A stretch of DNA of 64,000 nt from Phoronis australis (lineage: Eukaryota; Animalia; Phoronida): NCBI GenBank assembly GCA_002633005.1, contig NMRA01000025.1, forward strand, positions 791,785-855,784. The letters run 5' to 3'. Shown piece after piece: positions 28,101 to 41,800 of this stretch. Made by a program: the position numbers and the translations under genes. Below the pieces are notes generated by a model that was not told the DNA's origin, did no database searches, and was given only the letters and a program-made list of their open reading frames with translations. How positions within the stretch are numbered: the stretch's first letter is position 1; each line of letters opens with the position of its first letter.

Positions 28101-31100
28101 CCACGCCAAGGCCGGATACGTCCGTCCACGGCCGATATCTGCCCCAGAGGCGGTGTCACTCGATCAGGTGGAGCTATCGGAGCGGGAGTCGGTGGTGTCA
28201 ACACGGGCGCAGAGCGTGATGGAGTTAGCGCATAAACTGATACGCCCAGCAGTACACCACAAACACAGAGGTTAGTGTCATGAGAAATTGGGAAATTCAT
28301 TCAAGTTATGTTCTGTTTGTTGTGGTACAACGGGATCTGCAAATTTCATTTTGCTTGGACTTAATGTTTATAGGTCATCTGCTCAGAACGTGTAGTGTCT
28401 TAGTGATTATTTTGATTGCTTGAGAACAAGATTCACCTCTCTAGGACCCAGGATTGCCTAACTGTAGTAAAATCTCACCAATTTGGAACCAAAATAATTC
28501 AATACCAAAATTGAACTTTTATCATGCTTCAAAGGCTTCAGAGTTGTGAATGCCTAGAAATTTTCAAAACATTGTCTGATTGTAGCATTGGTATAGAACT
28601 TGAAATGACTTCAAAATGACAAACTTTTTCATACTGATACTTATTGTTTCTAAATAAAACTATTTCACTTGTTTGCCCTTTTGTGTGCTTAACTGATGAT
28701 ATTTTACTGTACTTGAAAATTTGATTAATGTCACATGAATTGAGTTGAAATTTGAAAGTTTACTCAAACCCTGCCTGCCACCCATTGGCTAACTTTCAAG
28801 TTGAATTTCGAGTAAAGTTTGCTCATGTGGTACTTTATTGTTTTATTCTGTAAACTTCTTTCAATGTATTTTGCCGAAACTTAAATTTTGACCAAGAAAG
28901 TGAATAGCTTTAATACTGTGAGAATATATTTTCTGAAATTAGATTAAAAATTTGGTCTTATTATATTTTGCTATTACATTGCAACATAATTACAAAAAGT
29001 GTTTACATGAACTTACAACAGATCTTGATATTGAAACTTCTTCCGATTCAGACATCAGGGAGGAGGTGCCAAGACCCGAGATCAAGCCCTACGTGAGGCC
29101 TGCCTCCCCCACGGCCGTGCGGAATACTGATATCAAGCAAGCAGAGTACGACATGGACACGCTCAAGTTTGAAATGGAAACTCTGGTAAGCTTAAGAGAT
29201 GATGTCTGAGAAAATCATAAATATTGTAATTTGCAGGTCACCTCTGATAGCAAGCATTTCACAAAGAATGTTTTCCTCATGGATGCTTTCTTAACTGAGA
29301 TACGGGGAGAGGAGAAATATGCGCTCATTTTCAATGGGGTATTCCTATTACCATATAGTGTTTATCAAGGTAAACGTAGTTGGTACTCTATATCATTGAA
29401 TTAGATTCTGCTCCACGATGAAAAAATTTGAAATATCCCACCAGAAGATTTTGCATTTCTAATATATTCTCATTTCATCTAATTACTAGTAATTAGTTGT
29501 CTTGATTAGAACAGTTCATATGGTGATTGCATAAAACTCGAAGGTATTTTCATTATGTCTTGTTGTCATTCCTTTTGTTATTTGATAACGAAAGTAAATA
29601 GTTTGTTTTTCAATTGCTGTGTATTGCAGCTTGTCATTTGAATGGTTTAGTTGAAGTGTCACACATCCATGACTAGTGTATGACACATTCATTGAATAGT
29701 GAAATAATTCTCAACAGTGTTGTTTTGATTTTATGTTAAATATGTTGTTATAAGTAACTTCATCTTAGCGTTTTATGATTTTTGTATCATAATCTTCAGG
29801 AACTAAAATATCAAAAACTACTGAACGCTGACCTAGACTGTCTATTGCCTGGGTACAGAGATCGAAAAGCCAGAGAAGTGCCACCTGGTAAGTGTAAATG
29901 TGTTTGTTTGGGCCAAGAGTCTTGGTTCAGTATGCTCAGCAATTTTTTTTAGTAGAAAACCACCACTGTCTTTTTAACTCCACATCTAATATATCACTAA
30001 AGAGGCAAGTTTTAAACATATTAAGTAGAGATTGTTATTTATAGCTGTATCCGAGGTGGTTATATGTTATCACTGTTGCTCGTCTGCCTGTCTCTCTTTC
30101 TGTCTGTCGTTCTGTCTGTCTGTCTGTCAGTCTGTAGGATGACACAATGCAAACCTTACTGTCTGTATAAAATTTTTAGCGCCAATTGTGGCACTAGGTG
30201 TAATCTCCAAACACAGACTTGACTCTTGGTTTAGACTTGAAAGTTAGCCAAACACACCGCATATTTAGTGCAAAATTGTAGTTCCCTCGAAGAGTGCTGT
30301 GCACTTGGTCCATTTTGGAGTTGAGTTTCAAATACAGAGTTTCTACCGTGGGTCTGGAAATCGACCAATGAGCAATTTATTTAATTCAAAGATCATCTTG
30401 GGTGGACCCCATGTGGATTTTTTAGGCAAACCATCTTTGTGCAAACAGTGTTTGTTCAAATGCAAAGTTGCTTTCTTAAGGGATAGTTTTTGATTGCAAT
30501 GATTCATCATCCAATTTTCTGCTCACGAGACTGATGTTATGGTGTTTCTGGAATGATGTTCTGGAGGTCTGCATCAGTTGCAGTAACAGTATTGTTAATT
30601 GTATATTTTGGAAATCTGTGCTGCCTTGTTTTGCTTTGTCTCCACATTTCCATTCAGTATTATCATGGTTCTGTTGCTTCATTTCAGAGCTGCCCCCTGC
30701 ACCACCAGAGCCTAAGCCCAAGAAACTGCCCCGACCGACTCCGGCGTTCATCAACAAATTGGCCTACTCCCAATACCGCCCTCCACCCCCGCCGTCCCAT
30801 GCCAAGGCGTGTGATGCCAGGTGAGAGGTCTCTCACTCCGGGAATTTGGGAATGATGCTCATACAATTGAGATGTGTTGAAACTGTTGTTGTCACTCTGT
30901 AGCCACAGTTTACTGGGTACTCAGCATATTTTGTTGGACAGGGAAATTCCTATTTAGGTCTGAGAACAAGCCTTACTGCTCTTGGGCAATAAATGTGACA
31001 CATTTGCTTGTAGATTGATAGGCGAGCATGTTTGATCAGAGTGTTCATGATAGGTGAGCAGATTCAGAGTGTTCATGATAGGTGAGCAGATTTGATCAGA

Positions 31101-32777
31101 GTGTTCATGATAGGTGAGCATGTTTGATCAGAGTGTTCATGATAGGTGAGCATGTTTGATCAGAGTGTTCATGATAGGTGAGCAGATTTGATCAGAGTGT
31201 TCATGATAGGTGAGCAGATTCAGAGTGTTCATGATAGGTGAGCAGATTTGATCAGAGTGTTCATGATAGGTGAGCAGATTTGATCAGAGTGTTCAGCAAT
31301 TTCACAGACAGACTTTGTTGGTTTTTTGTGTAATATTTTTTTGTGCAGGAATCTCTGCATTAGCATATTTGTGCCGCAAATTTTCTCTTAGACATGGCTT
31401 GAACAGGATGGTCCATTTTCACATTATGTCTTTCTAATAGAAAGTAGTAAAGTAGTCTGATCTCCCATCAGGTGTCACTTTTGTCAATAATGCTGACTTT
31501 TTTTCTAATATTATGAGCTGGGTACAGTTATTGTTCAAAATGGTGCCTGATGCAAGGCTTTGAGGGACTATCGGTTAAGTGTAAATGGAAGGCCTTGTTC
31601 AACACAACATTTAGCAAACTTGAGGAGGATAAAGTTAAGGTTTTACGGGCATGGATCCAGAAGGGGTGCTTGACTTGTTTTATTTTGCTATGTTGCAAGA
31701 ATGTAAAATTCTTACGCCCGTCCATTGTCAGGCTCCCTCAGACCATGATTCTAAATCTACCCCTGCAGTAACACCAAGCCGTTTGAAACGTTTGGATTCC
31801 ACGTTGAAATCGTGTCCATTACTTCCACTTTCAGACATCGCGGTTGGCACAAGGTGAAGACGAAACCAGGCAGGCACGTTGTCATTGCATCTCCAACCTT
31901 CTCGAGTTCACCGTCGACCAAAATGTTTGAGAAGATGAACAAGCAGTCCATGCGTCCCGTCAAACATGTTCATGGTGACAACCTCAAGCGCTACACACCA
32001 CGCTCGAAAGTAGTCGAAGAAGTAGTGCGCCCCAACACGGCTCCAGAAGACCAGCCAAACCTGATGAGCGATAGCAATGACTGTATGCCTGTCTATTCGT
32101 ATGAGGTGGAATCAACGAAACTTTCTCAAGTTGACTCATTCCAGGCAATGGAATCAGCATCACAGAGGCCAGAATCAGGATCACAGGTTCCTCTCTCAGC
32201 ATCAAGTTCAAGGTCGTTAGTCAGTTGGGGTGACCTTCAGCTTTACGCAGATGACGAGGAGGTCATGAAAGTCTCGAGAAGACAGAAATCAAAAACCAAC
32301 ATTTCTAAGGACAATGGGCCAGAGAAATGTGCAGCAGAAAATGAGTCAGTTTCAAAAAATTCAGTATCTAAAGTTGAAATGACAAAGGCGGGAAAAGTCA
32401 CGCTCTTGGAGGACATTATGGAGATGGCTACGGAGCGCGAGGAAGCTGAGAAAAACGGGGTTGACGAAAATATACAGCGACGTTCTCAAAATACTCAACA
32501 AGGGAGGAAACAGTCGTTTTCAGGAAAGGAGAAAAAATTTGTTGACTGGCTCGAATCAGACGGTGCCTCCGTGTGTGAAAGCAGTGACGAGCGGAGTGTA
32601 AAAAACGAGAAGTCGTATATGGATTTCTTTCACATCTCCGACGAGCAACTGGAGATGAAGCGGAATAAAATGAAGGTCGGTATCAACAAGAAACGGAAAC
32701 GTTTGCTGAACCGGGCAAAAGGGATGTTGTCCGAACCCCTACTAAACATGATCAATAGGGGCATCGGAATACAGTGA
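10112..32777 (+). CDS. Gene B: uncharacterised protein with a degenerate calmodulin-like EF-hand N-terminal domain, a Pro-rich middle and a long disordered C-terminus
   Basis: Phase-consistent exons: 10112-10173, 11714-11735 (22-nt microexon), 12348-12419, 23224-23354, 24211-24313, 25094-25209, 26397-26478, 27224-27385, 28033-28270, 29022-29185, 29800-29887, 30688-30820, 31835-32777 (stop TGA). That is 13 identified coding exons; an additional 5' exon is possible. The spliced product reads ..KGFFSWEELGCFARALGF..GLTVKMFNKMI..LQNVRVSYQVYEAGDMKGMVTEPHTLLRALKMCGRTIAPMKL..SEDFEENGRIQLYEFFDLILW, which follows an EF-hand pattern. Confidence 0.8.
13090..13215. repeat. Dispersed palindromic element (gagaaccagttt..aaactggttctc), probable MITE remnant
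   Basis: The same internal inverted motif occurs at about 13140-13197, 15263-15320, 15835-15890, 36228-36272 and 39447-39510. Confidence 0.65.
17057..17240. repeat. 20-bp tandem minisatellite, about 9 copies
   Basis: Unit caccttagatactatgtgaa, near-identical copies with no spacers. Confidence 0.95.
23597..23688. repeat. 23-bp tandem repeat, 4 copies
   Basis: Unit atacagtacgtctgtcatcaaca. Confidence 0.9.
23668..24242. repeat. About 287-bp direct duplication flanking a single N (probable unmerged contig overlap)
   Basis: 23668-23954 is nearly identical to 23956-24242, with the N at 23955. Confidence 0.85.
25444..25556. repeat. About 55-bp tandem duplication
   Basis: agcatgactaacacagt(t/a)ttaggctcagttcaaggcacctcaaacctcaagatcc occurs twice. 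Confidence 0.85.
26458..26645 (+). repeat. 31-bp tandem repeat, 6 copies, spanning an exon-intron junction of gene B
   Basis: Unit agggactctagtatttataag|gtaagttaa(t/c). The first copy contains the real donor at 26478/26479. Confidence 0.95.
31015..31295. repeat. About 32-bp minisatellite with 27-bp variants, about 9 copies
   Basis: Unit gataggtgagcagatttgatcagagtgttcat. Confidence 0.9.
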
Positions 32778-33661
32778 GAAACTCTGCAGGCAAATGGGAT
32801 TAGATATTGAAGACTTGTTCATCATGTGCTAACTAAAGTCTGTGAGTCGCACACTTTCCTGAAAGGTGAATGCCGCCATTTTATAACTACCTATTCAACA
32901 TTGTGCGGTCTGCTCAACTTTTGTCTTAAACTGCCAATATTGGTTGTTTGAACCAAGTTGACAGAAGCAGCCACGGAATCTGACATCAATTGCTAATTTT
33001 ATTCGAGCATGAAAAAGCAATTTTACGTCTGCTGATTATGTGTTAGTTGATCCTTTCATTAACGTTAAGAGATCTTTTAATGACAAGCGTCATTGAATTT
33101 CATGGAATTAAGTGGTGCATTGTATGACTCTTCAGCTAATAATGTTTACATTTTTTTACTTCAATTTTTAGGTACCATCATGTGCATACAATGCTGTTGT
33201 TTATATTCCTGACAAAAACCTTGTTCCCGTGTTCTAATGAATGTTCAAGTGGCATTGCTTATTTGATCAACACCTCTGTTGACCGTCCAACATTTAGTTA
33301 TGTGGGATTCTCCCGAGACTTTGCTCATTGAAGAACTGAGTATTGCCACATCCCACTATTAAGTCGCGTATGCCTGAATAAGCGCACATGGTAATTTCGC
33401 AGTCTTTTAGATGGCGGAGGTCCACCTTGCTACGTCACTCAGGTTCAGTCCACTTGAGCTGCAGGACCTGTACCCTATAGACTAATTTTGGTATTTTCGA
33501 CATATTTCGGGAGTGTGCGCTTCTTTGGAGCTATTGCTGGTTATTTTGGGGGTTTGTTTTTACTGTAAGCGTGCAGTGCACCCTTTGGTGGTTAAGTACT
33601 GTATACATGGCCTGTAAACCAAAACTGACCAATCTCATGCTCAGGTGAATGTTCGTTCAAT

Positions 33662-33995
33662 TAGGGGTTGTTCAAATTATTGTGTCATCTTTGACCCCTC
33701 TCCTTCGTCATCCGTCATCATGATACAATTCTTCAGTTCAGTTTCTAGTTACGTCATCACAGCCAAACCCCTCCACCCTGTTTAGGCAGTGATGGAGTGG
33801 GTCTGTCATTTGTCTGTGTACGTGTCTATTAGGTAAGCCTTGTGAAATATTATATCTTTGGAAGCATGAAATGGCGTGTCCCGATTTTAGTATTGGTGAA
33901 TTCCCCCAGACGGTGTACCAGTTTAACAACGAAATGATGTGATGGAGATGTTTTCATAAACCACGTGATGACGTCATGTTGAGAATAACTCCCCT
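33662..33995. mobile_element. Possible degenerate MITE with PIF/Harbinger-like ends
   Basis: aggggttgttcaaa at the left and gaataactcccct at the right form an imperfect inverted pair. Confidence 0.3.
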
Positions 33996-35869
33996 CCCCA
34001 TGTCACGAATCGCCATCTTTCCACGCCGTCCCTTACTCTTGCTTGACTTGCTCAGCTGAAGGGATTGTCCTTGTTAAAGTGGTGAGAAGGAGACAACACT
34101 AAGTTTAAATAGCAGGTACAGTTAATAAATATCAATGTGGGACACATGTGGAAGACAAGTGAAATTTTATGGTCTAATTTTTTTCCATGATGAAAGACAT
34201 TTAGCACCAGGTTAATGATTTTCCATGTTCAAGTTTATGCAATATTTAGAAACGCATGACCATTCTCATGTTGGCAGCCTTAGAAAAAATGGAAAATACA
34301 ATTCTGGCACTTATTTTTATTTGAAATCTGCAAGATTTTACCATGTTTATTTGTCAAATCTCTGTTAGGTTTTCTTGCGGCCCTCTTTGGCGCCTCGTCA
34401 GGATTACACAACACGTGTCGCGCTCGCTTATATTAGGGATATGAACAAATGTGATCCATGACATTATTTTTAGACTGTGATGTTGTTTTAAGCGTGAATT
34501 TGTGTGAATGTTTTTGAATGGTTTATGCACCCGCTTGCCAAGCACTGTGGCTGTTATTTGCTCAAGAACCACTGTTACGTAATGCATAATTTTGAAATAT
34601 TTATACACTTTGTATTTTTGAGGTCTCATAAATGTAGAAATCATGAGCTGGTTTTCATGTGCTTTAATGTGTCCATGAAACTAAACAAGGATCTTTGGAC
34701 TCATCAGAAAGCTTTTAATTTTTCCACAGATTGAGATTACTGGCATATGATTGGCAATTCTTTCAGACATTGTTTGATACCATTAAATTTTTTTGTGATT
34801 GTTAGAGAACGCAAGGACATTCAGCTTTGCAATTTTTGGATCCGGATCAAAGGTCACGATTTGTTTTCATGTATGTCGTACAAAATTTGGGTTTAATTTG
34901 GATTTTAACCATCTTATTTTCCAAACTTGGGTTCAACAACTTTAAATTAGAAATAATTATGGTTGCAGTGTCAGTAATTTAATGGTTGCAGTGTCAGTAA
35001 ATTAATGTTTTGTGTGGAATGCGTTAGGAGTTGCACTTGTGAATTTTACAAATTTCAGGGTTTGTACAATTTTAAAATGAAATTTCACCTGTCCCAATTC
35101 TGTGCATAATTAAAACAACCAGGAGACAACTCTGCTCCTTGAGTTTGAATTAAATCTTACATACTGGGTTGCTTCTCCACTTGTTTATCTTTACACTTTT
35201 AAGCCCCAAAATATGAGATTTGAAAACTAGGACTGAACTAGTCTGGTGATGTTGAAACACCAGTAGTTCACTTCATTCAAGCAAGATACATTTCTGGTTA
35301 CAAGTTAGTTATACGTTGTTTCACCTAGTACAACTTGATCCTAAAGGCCTGTTCGCACTTAGCAATTTGTCTGCAGCACAGTTGCAGGGAGTTGCTTAGC
35401 AGACAAATCACTATAAAGTGTTAACCAGGCTTTGAAGTTACAGCAATGAGACGGAGTGTTCAGTTTTCGATGTGTTGACGGTTGTGTTGCACGCAAATTG
35501 CTAAGTGTGAACAAGACTACAACTACAATCACAATCATTCCAGTAAAATTATGTTTGGTTGCTCTGTGCACACGCAGAACCATCAGGCTAATTGTTTACC
35601 AGTTAACCAAATGTTGTTTGATTATGCACAGAATTTCACTTATCTAATTACAATGCCTCACTGTGGCATTCACATGGTAAATGTTTGTTATGTTTGCTCA
35701 CACTGGTTTTTACAATAAAGTTTTAATGTATGTACATTGAATTAATCTGAACCAACTGACTTTCCAGTCACAAATAGCTTGTAGTAGCGTGCACACACCT
35801 CATAAATCATATGAATCGCAGAAACAAAAAATTAAGTTATATATATATATATATAAGTCATGAGGAGAC

Positions 35870-35935
35870 TGCATGGCTCAGTGGTTTGTGCTCTGGACTA
35901 CCATCTGAGAGACCTGCGTTTGAATCATGGCTTTA
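35870..35935 (+). mobile_element. Degenerate tRNA-derived SINE head
   Basis: A-box-like tggctcagtgg and B-box-like gtttgaatc at tRNA-like spacing; no intact cloverleaf. Confidence 0.45.
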
Positions 35936-37951
35936 GTGGTTGACAATCGAGCATTGCAGATTCCTCTCCTACTCCTCTGAGTCTTACAAGTGAATGTGTG
36001 CAAGGGGGTGAATGAGAACCAGGATAGAATGAAAAAGCGATTTCTTATATAAGCCAGTTTGTACCCAAATATCTACAAACAAAATTGTACCCAAATATCT
36101 ACAAACAAAATTGAATTCAATGCAAGAATGTATTCTTATAGGAGATGTTGAAGAAGAAAAAAAATTCTGGATATGAATAACACTGATCTGCTATTGTCCG
36201 AGTTCATAATGTGTATAACATAACCACATTTTGAGAACAAGTTTCCTCACTAAATAACTGGTTCTCAAAATGTGGACACCTAATCTCCCAACTATTGCTG
36301 CCCAAGTTCACAAGATCCATGGTTTTAGTAAATTAGCAAAAAGGTGTTTTAGAAAGGTACGCTCAGAGCAAAACAATGGTATTGGCGTCGACCAAATAAT
36401 TCCTAGACACAATTAAATATTCAACAGGGAAATGTTTTACAGGTTGTCAAAACTGTGGCTTTTATTTTATTCAACTTCTGAGATAAAGATCAGTATTTTC
36501 ATAAAAATCACTAGAGTGGCTATGTTAAATAATCATTCATCTCATACCGAAATGTTCACTTTAAAAAAATGTTTCTTGACCTAATAGAAAATAGAACATA
36601 TCTGAATATCAGTTGAATCTGATCAGCCATTTCCAAGACATGAAGCTCTACAATTGCCTGTATATGATCTGGGATATTGGTCCTAGATATGATGTATAAA
36701 CTTCCATATCCTGATTTCACCAAACACAGCATACAGATTTCGACAGTCCCTTGATATATGTGATATCGGGGTTCGACTACCATTTGTAATGCAAACTCGT
36801 AAAAACACACTTTTCAGTTTTGTTCTCAGTTCTAAGCTCACGGTGCATACCGAAAAAATACAGTCATGTGACTACGCATGTTTCTGTGAAACATAATTTT
36901 TTACTATATTGTAGCAACTTCCATTGACTTGAAAACTCTAGCATAAAACCAGCTTTTATGCACGGAGCAAGAGTTTGATATCATCAAAGATTTGGCAAAT
37001 TTATGGTTTGAAAATAAATTTAAGAAATAGTTAACAAAGTGCATACGAAGGCGTTAGTTCTTCGTTCATGATTCCATTCATTGTCATTACAGCCACTGAG
37101 ACTGCAGGCAGGATGAATCAATTCAATGAACCACAACTGGCAGATGTCCAACACCTATACCATTTCTTCGAAAAGTTTCATCAGGGTGGTGAACAACAAT
37201 TGACTCAGGGAAATTCATTTTAACATCCAAAAAGTGGCAAGTACCTGCAGATATATTTATCACTATTTTGGATCTGGAAAAATGAATTTCCCTGTGTCAA
37301 CCTATACCATTTACTGGACACATGAACCTAAGTTTTTAAACTGGAACAATTCCTCAACTTTAACACCAAATTCAAAAAACATAACCAAATACCAAAACAA
37401 GTTTCAAATTACATTTAACCGAATACCAAACACCTAGAACTAATAATGCAATTTACAACTAGTTCATACGACCAGTCAAAATTTAATAAAAGGGTTTCTG
37501 TACTAAACAATTTCATGAATCAATTCGTTTGTGACAAAATATACTTTTACACATTCATATAAATAAATAAATAAAACCTTCAGAGAGATCTTAGTTTAAA
37601 CTAAGTACCTGTGTAAGACTTTATACATAGATCCTAAGTACAGATATTGAAGAATTCTGAAAATGAACACAAGACTTCCTCTTCAATATATATGGCAGAT
37701 AAGAGCAGTGATATCAGCCTCCCGTTCAGTAACTCTAGGACCTCGCTAAAAAGCAAGACTTCGTGAGATTACGTGAGATAATGCTAAGTATTTTAAATGG
37801 GATCACGTGACTTTGGCTAGATTTTAGCTAGGTCCTAAGCGTAGGTCCTAGCGTTACTGAACACACGCCAGATCAGATACTACTAATAAAAATAACAATG
37901 GCCACTTGATGTAAACAGAATTCTGAATACTCCTGTCCAATGTTTGTTTAA

Positions 37952-38599
37952 TCACACAGGCAATGTTTTCTGTACTGTCTTGGAGGCTACGGAATAAAAT
38001 ATTTTGGAGAAGAACTTTAGCCCCGTCTGTCCTCCTGGTATGTAGCTCACAATATACCACACCAAAGCTGTTATTTGCAGAAGAGCAAATACTACAGTTA
38101 GTATAGTACTTTTCACCCACATAGCAAAGTACAAGGTTCCAAACAGCGTGGCAAAATATGCGGCAGTAAACTGCAGACGATTTCCTGAGAACAGATGTTT
38201 AATGTGGTTCCACGGTCCCCATAGCATTGAGAAACTCCCGATGAAAAACAAACTCCCGAGGGAAAACAGCAGCGTAAACTTACGCGCTCTAAACACAAGC
38301 ACTGGTATATAAAACGATGACACGAAAAAACAAAATATGCCCACAGTCAAACATAGCATGAAGCCAAGAATTCGTTGCTTTTTCGACATTGGTGGCAAGC
38401 AAGGATCTTTCTCAGATGTTGGAAACCAGCCGTTGTCATCATTTTCCAACTCCTTTGCAGTAGCAATATCTGATTCAGTCGTTTTCCAAAACTCCCAGGT
38501 AGAAGAGGAAGAAGTCGTTTTAGAGCTAGTGCCATTCTGTCGACCGTTCTTTGACGAATTACTCGCTACATACTCTTGCAGCTTGTTGAGGGACTCCAT
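37952..38599 (-). CDS. SFT2D3: Vesicle transport protein SFT2C (Got1/Sft2 family), single coding exon, 215 aa
   Basis: MESLNKLQEY..DPCLPPMSKKQRILGFMLCLTVGIFCFFVSSFYIPVLVFRARKFTLLFSLGSLFFIGSFSMLWGPWNHIKHLFS..LVWYIVSYIPGGQTGLKFF..LPV. It has four TM segments and the SYIPGG motif, and the long N-terminus fits SFT2D3. The first ATG is at 38599; the track's 38644 start is TTG. Confidence 0.93.
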   Translation of the reverse strand: MESLNKLQEYVASNSSKNGRQNGTSSKTTSSSSTWEFWKTTESDIATAKELENDDNGWFPTSEKDPCLPPMSKKQRILGFMLCLTVGIFCFFVSSFYIPVLVFRARKFTLLFSLGSLFFIGSFSMLWGPWNHIKHLFSGNRLQFTAAYFATLFGTLYFAMWVKSTILTVVFALLQITALVWYIVSYIPGGQTGLKFFSKIFYSVASKTVQKTLPV

Positions 38600-38850
38600 G
38601 ATGTGTTTACAAATTTTGTGTACATTAAATCTCAAGGTTCGCAACGCAATTTAAATAAGCAAAGTGTATGCTTAGTTTTTTGTAATAAAAACTTACATTA
38701 ATTTATTTAATTACAAGAAATATCAATAAATTTTACCTAGTTTTATTTTTTAAGACAATTTTATTTTATTTTTTTCTTTCTAAACATACTATGGATTTAT
38801 ACTTTTGTTATGCTGTGCGCCGTCTGGTGGTTGTTAGTAAAAAAACAAAA
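38600..38850. promoter_or_regulatory. Probable bidirectional promoter and 5' UTRs shared by SFT2D3 and FUZ
   Basis: Only 251 bp separate the two divergent ATGs. The interval is very AT-rich, and the FUZ start context is aaaATGGCGG (YY1-like). Confidence 0.65.
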
Positions 38851-41800
38851 ATGGCGGCGTACCTGCTCTGCCTTCAAGCAGGGACAGGTGTGCCATTATT
38901 TACACGAATTAAAGGTGACATAAAACCTGTAAGTAGTCTCAGTGATTCATCTATCTATAGTAGGATCTTGTTAACGTTTATGATTGCATTGCACGTGGCT
39001 AGAACTTCTATATATAGCTTTAATTCAGCCAGAGTCGGGCTCAGAATCTGGTTGTGTGACTGAGTGTATAACACAGGCACCTTTAAGTAGTCCTCGACGA
39101 TATACTATAATAAATGACCAAAGGTGCCTGTTGTGTGACTTGTTGACAGGCACTGGCTGCCCTGGTCGCATGTTTCAGTCCATAATTTATGAGTACCAGT
39201 TTCATCCGCCGGATCGGGCCCATTATTCAGTGATTGCCAGGCTTGAAAAAACTGTTGTTGGCGTCAAGACTTTGTGATAATTCCGGGCACAGACACTACT
39301 AGTAGTTGAATATAGCGAAGGTGTTTCTGAGCCATGTCATAGAATATTGCAGTTGTGTAAACCAAGCTACACTTCAAGTGCTGAATTGTAAGTGCACACG
39401 AGGGAAATGGACATTGGTCGGATATACTATTAGTGGTCCCTGGTTTAGAGAACCAGGAAATCACTGAACAATGGGCCCGTTAATCAGTGAATGAAACTGG
39501 TTCTCTAAGTTGGGGACTGCTGTATTTGACCAGTTCTTATTCATAGTATATCCACGACCGACACCCTTAACGTGTTACATGCCTACGTGTACATATTACA
39601 TCATGTTTTGAAAGATGGACTGTTACCAACTTTTTTTGGCATTGTGTCAATAGCAGTTTGCTATCAACTGGACGTTACTACTTTTACTTGAACTGGACGT
39701 TACTACTTTTACTTGAACTGGACGTTACTACTTTTACTTGAACTGGACGTTACTACTTTTACTTGAACTGGACGTTACTACTTTTACTTGACTAAATACC
39801 AGATGGGAGTAATTAAGTAGAGGTTTTCCATCATTTTTTAATTTGGTCGTGGTCATTTACACACGTGCTGAACAGTTAAATGTGCCAAAAGGAAGATAGT
39901 TGGTCGTAAATTGAATTTATTTCTACCCATGTGTATTCTGTTTACAGTTGCCTTTTCCTGTTATTGGGTCTTTGAATGGAGTTCACATGTATGGCAGCAA
40001 TAATGGAGTTGAGTTACTTACAACAAACTCAGCAGATGCGAAAATAATCTGGAAGGTGTTTCACAGCAGGTGAGTGAGCCTAACATAGGGTGTCAGTATC
40101 TGACCTAATTTCAAGTAATTTGCCTATTACATTCGTTAGATGTGATCCCATTTTTTCAAAATTCGAAAAATTTTGTAAGAATCTGTGCAGGGATTATTCC
40201 CACTTATCCTAGCAAGTTTTGTTGCCTTCATTGGCAGACCTTGAAGATGTTCTTCCTTAGACATGCCGAGCATCTGTATACCCTTCTACCTGTTTTCACT
40301 GTTTATGTCATTGTGTATTTCTCTTCCACCATGTTCATATTACCCAGTAAGGCACTATTATGACATATGTCACTTCTAATCATTGGCTAAATTGAAGAGG
40401 AAATGTTCCACTAATGTTAATAACTGCCAGCTGATTTCTAGTCCAATTGTTTCAAAATAAGTTGACTCAGAAACACTGTAAGCAACTTCATTTTGTTCAA
40501 CTCGCAAGTTGATGTTTGTTATCCGTCACTGATGAGAACTCAATAATGTACTAATCGCCTTGACCTTCATTTGATACAAGTTTTGTGTTCTTGATTGAAC
40601 TGTAGAATTTTGTAGGCTTTGCAGATGGAAATCGTTTATTGTATTTGATTTTGTTACATGAGTAATTAAACTGTCAACTTTTAGACTTAAAGTCCAAATT
40701 CACTCATGGTTTGGGATCACAGTTTTTGGAGCTTTCACTAAAACCTCCGTCATATTTGTAACACCCCATTTGCACAACTTGTTGTTTCACAGTATCACGC
40801 TCATCTATGCAACAAGGGACGACAATGCCAGTGACTACCATGGGAGACAACTCTTGGAACTGGTGTTCCAATCTATGGTGCTACTTTATGGTCTAGACGA
40901 CCTGACAAATATTAAGAATGTTGAGAGGTTCAAGAAAGATATAAAAGTGAGTACTCCATTAGTAGGTGCAGAACAAGGAGATCATTTGATGTGTAGAGAA
41001 AAGTGAAATAAAAGATGAGAAAGGTTGTGCAAATTAAATTTCCAAACATAGGTTTTGTTCTTTACGAAGAGTTTTGATGTAAAAGTAAAGAAGTTAAATT
41101 GTTCGCTACTGTTATTCAGTGTTTCTGAATTGTCTGAGTAAGAAATGATGATTACTGTCTGCGCATATTTTTGTGATAAATCTAACGACTTACAAGTGTT
41201 TCTTTTTGCAAATTGAAAATAAGGTTGAGAATGACTTTTAAAACAGTGTCACTTATCTTGTGCTGTTGTTGAAGGGTTCACAGATAGAATTTGAATCTAA
41301 TACTGAAAATAAAACTTACTTAAATTAGCGACGTTGCGTCCTTCTCTCTCCGATTTTAGATTGACTATTGATGTTATTATTCTGGCTAATAGGTGGCGTT
41401 TTAGCCAGACTGTGCAGCATTGAGGTCAGGACACTATCCCACTCGTGTGACAGATTGAACCTTAAATCACCTAGTTTATTCAGAGAGGTATGCGTTCATG
41501 TAGAGCTTCCTTGACATCCTTTCTGAACCAATCTTCCTCATAGTCTAGGATAGTGACATCATCAGTATTGAAATCATGTCCAGTGGCGCATAGATGACTA
41601 AAAATACCCGAGTCATAAGTGTCTTAATAACCAGCACGACGATGTTGTGACATACACATTTTATGGACTGTTTTGTTTCACCTGTATAGCTGGTTACTGT
41701 TAAGGACAAGACCGCCACCAAGGGTAATAAATCGTGTGTTGTCATGGTGTTCAATGTAAGGATCCCCAGTGAAATAAAACAGTCCATAAAATGTGTATGT

